This document shows, piece after piece, positions 23,001 through 29,320 of a stretch of DNA of 29,320 bases. Location: NCBI GenBank assembly GCA_002189035.1, contig NEEC01000115.1:1-29320 (forward strand), read 5' to 3'. The translations under genes were made by a program, and so were the position numbers. Numbering within the stretch: the stretch's first letter is position 1; every line of letters starts with the position of its first letter. The notes below the pieces were generated by a model. It was not told the origin of the DNA, did not search any database, and saw only the letters and a list, made by a program, of their open reading frames with translations. The stretch is from Utricularia gibba (taxonomy: Eukaryota > Plantae > Magnoliophyta).

Positions 23001-26000
23001 TTTTTCAACAACTTTACTTTATACTTGAGGAGGCGGTCTTGGGGTGCACCTAGAACGGGACAAAGGTCAGGTTTGGCTTGCGCCGAGAGTTAGTTGTAGC
23101 TCGGAAAATAAAGTGATGTATTTATTAACGTTCAGTTTTGGGGGGCTGCCTACATGGTTTTTCAAGGAACAGCTTCTCGTTTTGTGGCGGCCAGTCTCGC
23201 TGGGAACTTGTCCTTGACCCGATTCTGTATGCTCATGAGGTCAACCGGATGCAAATCGATTAAAAAAATGATGCCTTTGTTTAAATTACGATATCACGTG
23301 CACCCCACATGATTTTTTCAACAACTTACTTTATACTTGAGGAGGCGGTCTTGGGTGCACCTAGAACGGGACAAAGGTCAGGTTTGGCTTGCGCCGAGAG
23401 TTAGTTGTAGCTCGGCAAATAAAGTGATGTATTTATTAACGTTCAGTTTTTGGGGGCTGCCTACATGGTTTTTCAAGGAACAGCTTCTCGTTTTGTGGCG
23501 GCCAGTCTCGCTGGGAACTTGGTCCTTGACCCCGATTCTGTATGGCTCATGAGGTCAACCGGATGCAAATCGATTAAAAAAATGATGCCTTTTTTAAATT
23601 ACGATATCACGTGCACCCCACATGATTTTTTCAACAACTTACTTTATACTTGAGGCGGTCTTGGGGTGCACCTAGAACGGGACAAAGGTCAGGTTTGGCT
23701 TGCGCCGAGAGTTAGTTGTAGCTCGGAAATAAAGTGATGTATTTATTAACGTTCAGTTTTTGGGGGCTGCCTACATGGTTTTTCAAGGAACAGCTTCTCG
23801 TTTTGTGGCGGCCAGTCTCGCTGGGAACTTGGTCCTTGACCCGATTCTGTATGGCTCATGAGGTCAACCGGATGCAAATCGATTAAAAAAATGATGCCTT
23901 TGTTTAAATTACGATATCACGTGCACCCCACATGATTTTTTCAACAACTTACTTTATACTTGAGGAGGCGGTCTTGGGGTGCACCTAGAACGGGACAAAG
24001 GTCAGGTTTGGCTTGCGCCGAGAGTTAGTTGTAGCTCGGAAATAAAGTGATGTATTTATTAACGTTCAGTTTTTGGGGGCTGCCTACATGGTTTTTCAAG
24101 GAACAGCTTCTCGTTTTGTGGCGGCCAGTCTCGCTGGGAACTTGGTCCTTGACCGATTCTGTATGCTCATGAGGTCAACGGATGCAAATCGATTAAAAAA
24201 AATGATGCCTTTGTTTAAATTACGATATCACGTGCACCCCACATGATTTTTTCAACAACTTACTTTATACTTGAGGAGGCGGTCTTGGGGTGCACCTAGA
24301 ACGGGACAAAGGTCAGGTTTGGCTTGCGCCGAGAGTTAGTTGTAGCTCGGAAAATAAAGTGATGTATTTATTAACGTTCAGTTTTTGGGGGCTGCCTACA
24401 TGGTTTTTCAAGGAACAGCTTCTCGTTTTGTGGCGGCTCTCGCTGGGAACTTGGTCCTTGACCCCGATTCTGTATGGCTCATGAGGTCAACCGGATGCAA
24501 ATCGATTAAAAAAAATGATGCCTTTGTTTAAATTACGATATCACGTGCACCCCATGATTTTTTCAACAACTTACTTTATACTTGAGGAGGCGGTCTTGGG
24601 GTGCACCTAAACGGGACAAAGGTCAGGTTTGGCTTGCGCCGAGAGTTAGTTGTAGCTCGGAAATAAAGTGATGTATTTATTAACGTTCAGTTTTGGGGCT
24701 GCCTACATGGTTTTTCAAGGAACAGCTTCTCGTTTTGTGGCGGCCAGTCTCGCTGGGAACTTGGTCCTTGACCCCGATTCTGTATGGCTCATGAGGTCAA
24801 CCGGATGCAAATCGATTAAAGAAAATGATGCTTTTTTAAATTACGATATCACGTGCACCCCACATGATTTTTTCAACAACTTACTTTATACTTGAGGAGG
24901 CGGTCTTGGGGTGCACCTAGAACGGGACAAAGGTCAGGTTTGGCTTGCGCCGAGAGTTAGTTGTACGGCAAATAAAGTGATGTATTTATTAACGTTCAGT
25001 TTTGGGGCTGCCTACATGGTTTTTCAAGGAACAGCTTCTCGTTTTGTGGCGGCCAGTCTCGCTGGGAACTTGGTCCTTGACCCGATTATGTATGCTCATG
25101 AGGTCAACCGGATGCAAATTGATTAAAAAAAATGATGCCTTTTTAAATTACGATATCACGTGCACCCCACATGATTTTTTCAACAACTTACTTTATACTT
25201 GAGGAGGCGGTCTTGGGGTGCACCTAGAACGGGACAAAGGTCAGGTTTGGCTTGCGCCGAGAGTTAGTTGTAGCTCGGAAAATAAGTGATGTATTTATTA
25301 ACGTTCAGTTTTGGGGCTGCCTACATGGTTTTTCAAGGAACAGCTTCTCGTTTTGTGGCGGCCAGTCTCGCTGGGAACTTGGTCCTTGACCGATTCTGTA
25401 TGGCTCATGAGGTCAACCGGATGCAAATCGATTAAAAAAAATGATGCCTTTTTAAATTACGATATCACGTGCACCCCACATGATTTTTTCAACAACTTAC
25501 TTTATACTTGAGGAGGCGGTCTTGGGGTGCACCTGAACGGGACAAAGGTCAGGTTTGGCTTGCGCGAGAGTTAGTTGTAGCTCGGCAAATAAAGTGATGT
25601 ATTTATTAACGTTCAGTTTTGGGGGGCTCCTACATGGTTTTTCAAGGAACAGCTTCTCGTTTTGTGGCGGCCAGTCTCGCTGGGAACTTGGTCCTTGACC
25701 CCGATTCTGTATGCTCATGAGGTCAACCGGATGCAAATCGATTAAAAAAATGATGCCTTTGTTTAAATTACGATATCACGTGCACCCCATGATTTTTTCA
25801 ACAACTTACTTTATACTTGAGGAGGCGGTCTTGGGGTGCACCTAGAACGGGACAAAGGTCAGGTTTGGCTTGCGCCGAGAGTTAGTTGTAGCTCGGAAAA
25901 TAAAGTGATGTATTTATTAACGTTCAGTTTTGGGGCTGCCTACATGGTTTTTCAAGGAACAGCTTCTCGTTTTGTGGCGGCCAGTCTCGCTGGGAACTTG

Positions 26001-29000
26001 GTCCTTGACCCGATTCTGTATGGCTCATGAGGTCAACCGGATGCAAATCGATTAAAAAAATGATGCCTTTTTTAAATTACGATATCACGTGCACCCACAT
26101 GATTTTTTCAACAACTTACTTTATACTTGAGGAGGCGGTCTTGGGTGCACTAGAACGGGACAAAGGTCAGGTTTGGCTTGCGCCGAGAGTTAGTTGTAGC
26201 TCGGAAAATAAAGTGATGTATTTATTAACGTTCAGTTTTTGGGGCTGCCTACATGGTTTTTCAAGGAACAGCTTCTCGTTTTGTGGCGGCCAGTCTCGCT
26301 GGAACTTGGTCCTTGACCCCGATTATGTATGGCTCATGAGGTCAACCGGATGCAAATCGATTAAAAAAAATGATGCCTTTGTTTAAATTACGATATCACG
26401 TGCACCCCACATGATTTTTTCAACAACTTACTTTATACTTGAGGAGGCGGTCTTGGGGTGCACCTAGAACGGGACAAAGGTCAGGTTTGGCTTGCGCCGA
26501 GAGTTAGTTGTAGCTCGGAAATAAAGTGATGTATTTATTAACGTTCAGTTTTGGGGGCTGCCTACATGGTTTTTCAAGGAACAGCTTCTCGTTTTGTGGC
26601 GGCCAGTCTCGCTGGGAACTTGGTCCTTGACCCGATTATGTATGCTCATGAGGTCAACCGGATGCAAATGATTAAAAAAATGATGCCTTGTTTAAATTAC
26701 GATATCACGTGCACCCCACATGATTTTTTCAACAACTTACTTTATACTTGAGGAGGCGGTCTTGGGGTGCACCTAGAACGGGACAAAGGTCAGGTTTGGC
26801 TTGCGCCGAGAGTTAGTTGTAGCTCGGAAAATAAAGTGATGTATTTTTAACGTTCAGTTTTTGGGGGCTGCCTACATGGTTTTTCAAGGAACAGCTTCTC
26901 GTTTTGTGGCGGCCAGTCTCGCTGGGAACTTGGTCCTTGACCCGATTATGTATGCTCATGAGGTCAACCGGATGCAAATCGATTAAAAAAATGATGCTTT
27001 TGTTTAAATTACGATATCACGTGCACCCCACATGATTTTTCAACAACTTACTTTATACTTGAGGAGGCGGTCTTGGGGTGCACCTAGAACGGGACAAAGG
27101 TCAGGTTTGGCTTGCGCCGAGAGTTAGTTGTAGCTCGGAAATAAAGTGATGTATTTATTAACGTTCAGTTTTGGGGGCTGCCTACATGGTTTTTCAAGGA
27201 ACAGCTTCTCGTTTTGTGGCGGCCAGTCTCGCTGGGAACTTGGTCCTTGACCGATTCTGTATGCTCATGAGGTCAACCGGATGCAAATCGATTAAAGAAA
27301 ATGATGCCTTTGTTTAAATTACGATATCACGTGCACCCCACATGATTTTTTCAACAACTTACTTTATACTTGAGGAGGCGGTCTTGGGGTGCACTAGAAC
27401 GGGACAAAGGTCAGGTTTGGCTTGCGCGAGAGTTAGTTGTAGCTCGGAAATAAAGTGATGTATTTATTAACGTTCAGTTTTTGGGGGCTGCCTACATGGT
27501 TTTTCAAGGAACAGCTTCTCGTTTTGTGGCGGCCAGTCTCGCTGGGAACTTGGTCCTTGACCCCGATTCTGTATGGCTCATGAGGTCAACCGGATGGAAA
27601 TCGATTAAAAAAATGATGCCTTTTTTAAATTACGATATCACGTGCACCCATGATTTTTTCAACAACTTCTTTATACTTGAGGAGGCGGTCTTGGGGTGCA
27701 CCAACGGGACAAAGGTCAGGTTTGGCTTGCGGAGAGTTAGTTGTAGCTCGAAAATAAAGTGATGTATTTATTAACGTTCAGTTTTGGGGGCTGCCTACAT
27801 GGTTTTTCAAGGAACAGCTTCTCGTTTTGTGGCGGCCAGTCTCGCTGGGAACTTGGTCCTTGACCCCGATTATGTATTGCTCATGAGGTCAACCGGATGC
27901 AAATTGATTAAAAAAAATGATGCCTTTGTTTAAATTACGATATCACGTGCACCCCACATGATTTTTTCAACAACTTACTTTATACTTGAGGAGGCGGTCT
28001 TGGGGTGCACCTAGAACGGGACAAAGGTCAGGTTTGGCTTGCGGAGAGTTAGTTGTAGCTCGGAAATAAAGTGATGTATTTATTAACGTTCAGTTTTTGG
28101 GGGCTGCCTACATGGTTTTTCAAGGAACAGCTTCTCGTTTTGTGTCTCGCTGGGAACTTGGTCCTTGACCCCGATTCTGTATGCTCATGAGGTCAACCGG
28201 ATGCAAATCGATTAAAAAAATGATGCCTTTGTTTAAATTACGATATCACGTGCACCCCACATGATTTTTTCAACAACTTACTTTATACTTGAGGCGGTCT
28301 TGGGGTGCACCTAGAACGGGACAAAGGTCAGGTTTGGCTTGCGCCGAGAGTTAGTTGTAGCTCGGAAATGTGATGTATTTATTAACGTTCAGTTTTTGGG
28401 GGCTGCCTACATGGTTTTTCAAGGAACAGCTTCTCGTTTTGTGGCGGCCAGTCTCGCTGGGAACTTGGTCCTGGACCCCGATTCTGTATGGCTCATGAGG
28501 TCAACCGGATGGAAATCGATTAAAAAAATGATGCCTTTCTTTAAATTACGATATCACGTGCACCCCACATGATTTTTTCAACAACTTACTTTATACTTGG
28601 AGGCGGTCTTGGGGTGCACCTGGAACGGGACAAAGGTCAGGTTTGGCTTGCGCCGAGAGTTAGTTGTAGCTCGGCAAATAAAGTGATGTATTTATTAACG
28701 TTCAGTTTTGGGGCTGCCTACATGGTTTTTCAAGGAACAGCTTCTCGTTTTGTGGCGGCCAGTCTCGCTGGGAACTTGGTCCTTGACCCCGATTATGTAT
28801 GGCTCATGAGGTCAACCGGATGCAAATTGATTAAAAAAAATGATGCCTTTGTTTAAATTACGATATCACGTGCACCCCACATGATTTTTTCAACAACTTA
28901 CTTTATACTTGAGGAGGCGGTCTTGGGGTGCACCTAGAACGGGACAAAGGTCAGGTTTGGCTTGCGCCGAGAGTTAGTTGTAGCTCGGAAAATAAAGTGA

Positions 29001-29320
29001 TGTATTTATTAACGTTCAGTTTTTGGGGGCTGCCTACATGGTTTTTCAAGGAACAGCTTCTCGTTTTGTGGCGGCCAGTCTCGCTGGGAACTTGGTCCTT
29101 GACCCCGATTATGTATGCTCATGAGGTCAACCGGATGCAAATTATTAAAAAAAATGATGCCTTGTTTAAATTACGATATCACGTGCACCCCACATGATTT
29201 TTTCAACAACTTACTTTATACTTGAGGAGGCGGTCTTGGGGTGCACCTAGAACGGGACAAAGGTCAGGTTTGGCTTGCGTTGAGAGTTAGTTGTAGCTCG
29301 GAAAATAAAGTGATGTATTT
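13954..29320 (+). repeat. Regular array zone 2, about 49 near-intact units, none with the C allele at unit position 116
   Basis: Units read CAGTTTT(T)GGGG. Only homopolymer noise and isolated small deletions interrupt it (e.g. near 20693, 21144, 21900, 28144). Confidence 0.9.

Larger units (their letters stand above)
1..29320 (+). repeat. Tandem array (satellite-like DNA) of a ~315-316 bp unit, about 93 unit-equivalents, head-to-tail, extending beyond both window ends
   Basis: Unit starts (TTGAGGAGGCGG) at 2559, 2874, 3188 and 3503 give periods of 315, 314 and 315. The same sequence recurs to the end of the window. No inverted copy was seen. Confidence 0.98.

Noticed and set aside
81-29197. 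All ORFs in the supplied track as protein-coding genes
   Set aside because: They are 60-119 aa re-translations of the same repeat in different frames, with ends set by homopolymer indels. No recognisable domain is present.

Overview
The whole 29,320-nt window is one head-to-tail tandem array of a ~315-bp unit (about 93 unit-equivalents). All recognisable copies lie in one orientation, and the window starts and ends mid-unit. A clean reference copy is 3188-3502 (46% GC by hand count). I find no protein-coding gene, RNA gene or CRISPR array; the ORF track only re-reads the same 315 bp. The main hidden structure is that the unit is a diverged dimer of two ~157/158-bp halves (71/128 ungapped identities at offset 158, hand-aligned). 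This points to an old, nucleosome-sized satellite DNA, most plausibly eukaryotic, from a family I cannot name. The array has four zones: clean (1-4740), heavily scrambled or deleted (~4741-10560), mixed (~10561-13953) and clean (13954-29320). A C/T allele at unit position 116 is lost after an out-of-register junction at 13953/13954. Pervasive homopolymer-length noise and short skips suggest a raw or unpolished long read, so the scrambled zone may be partly or wholly a sequencing artefact. I see no evidence for a new gene-encoded system.
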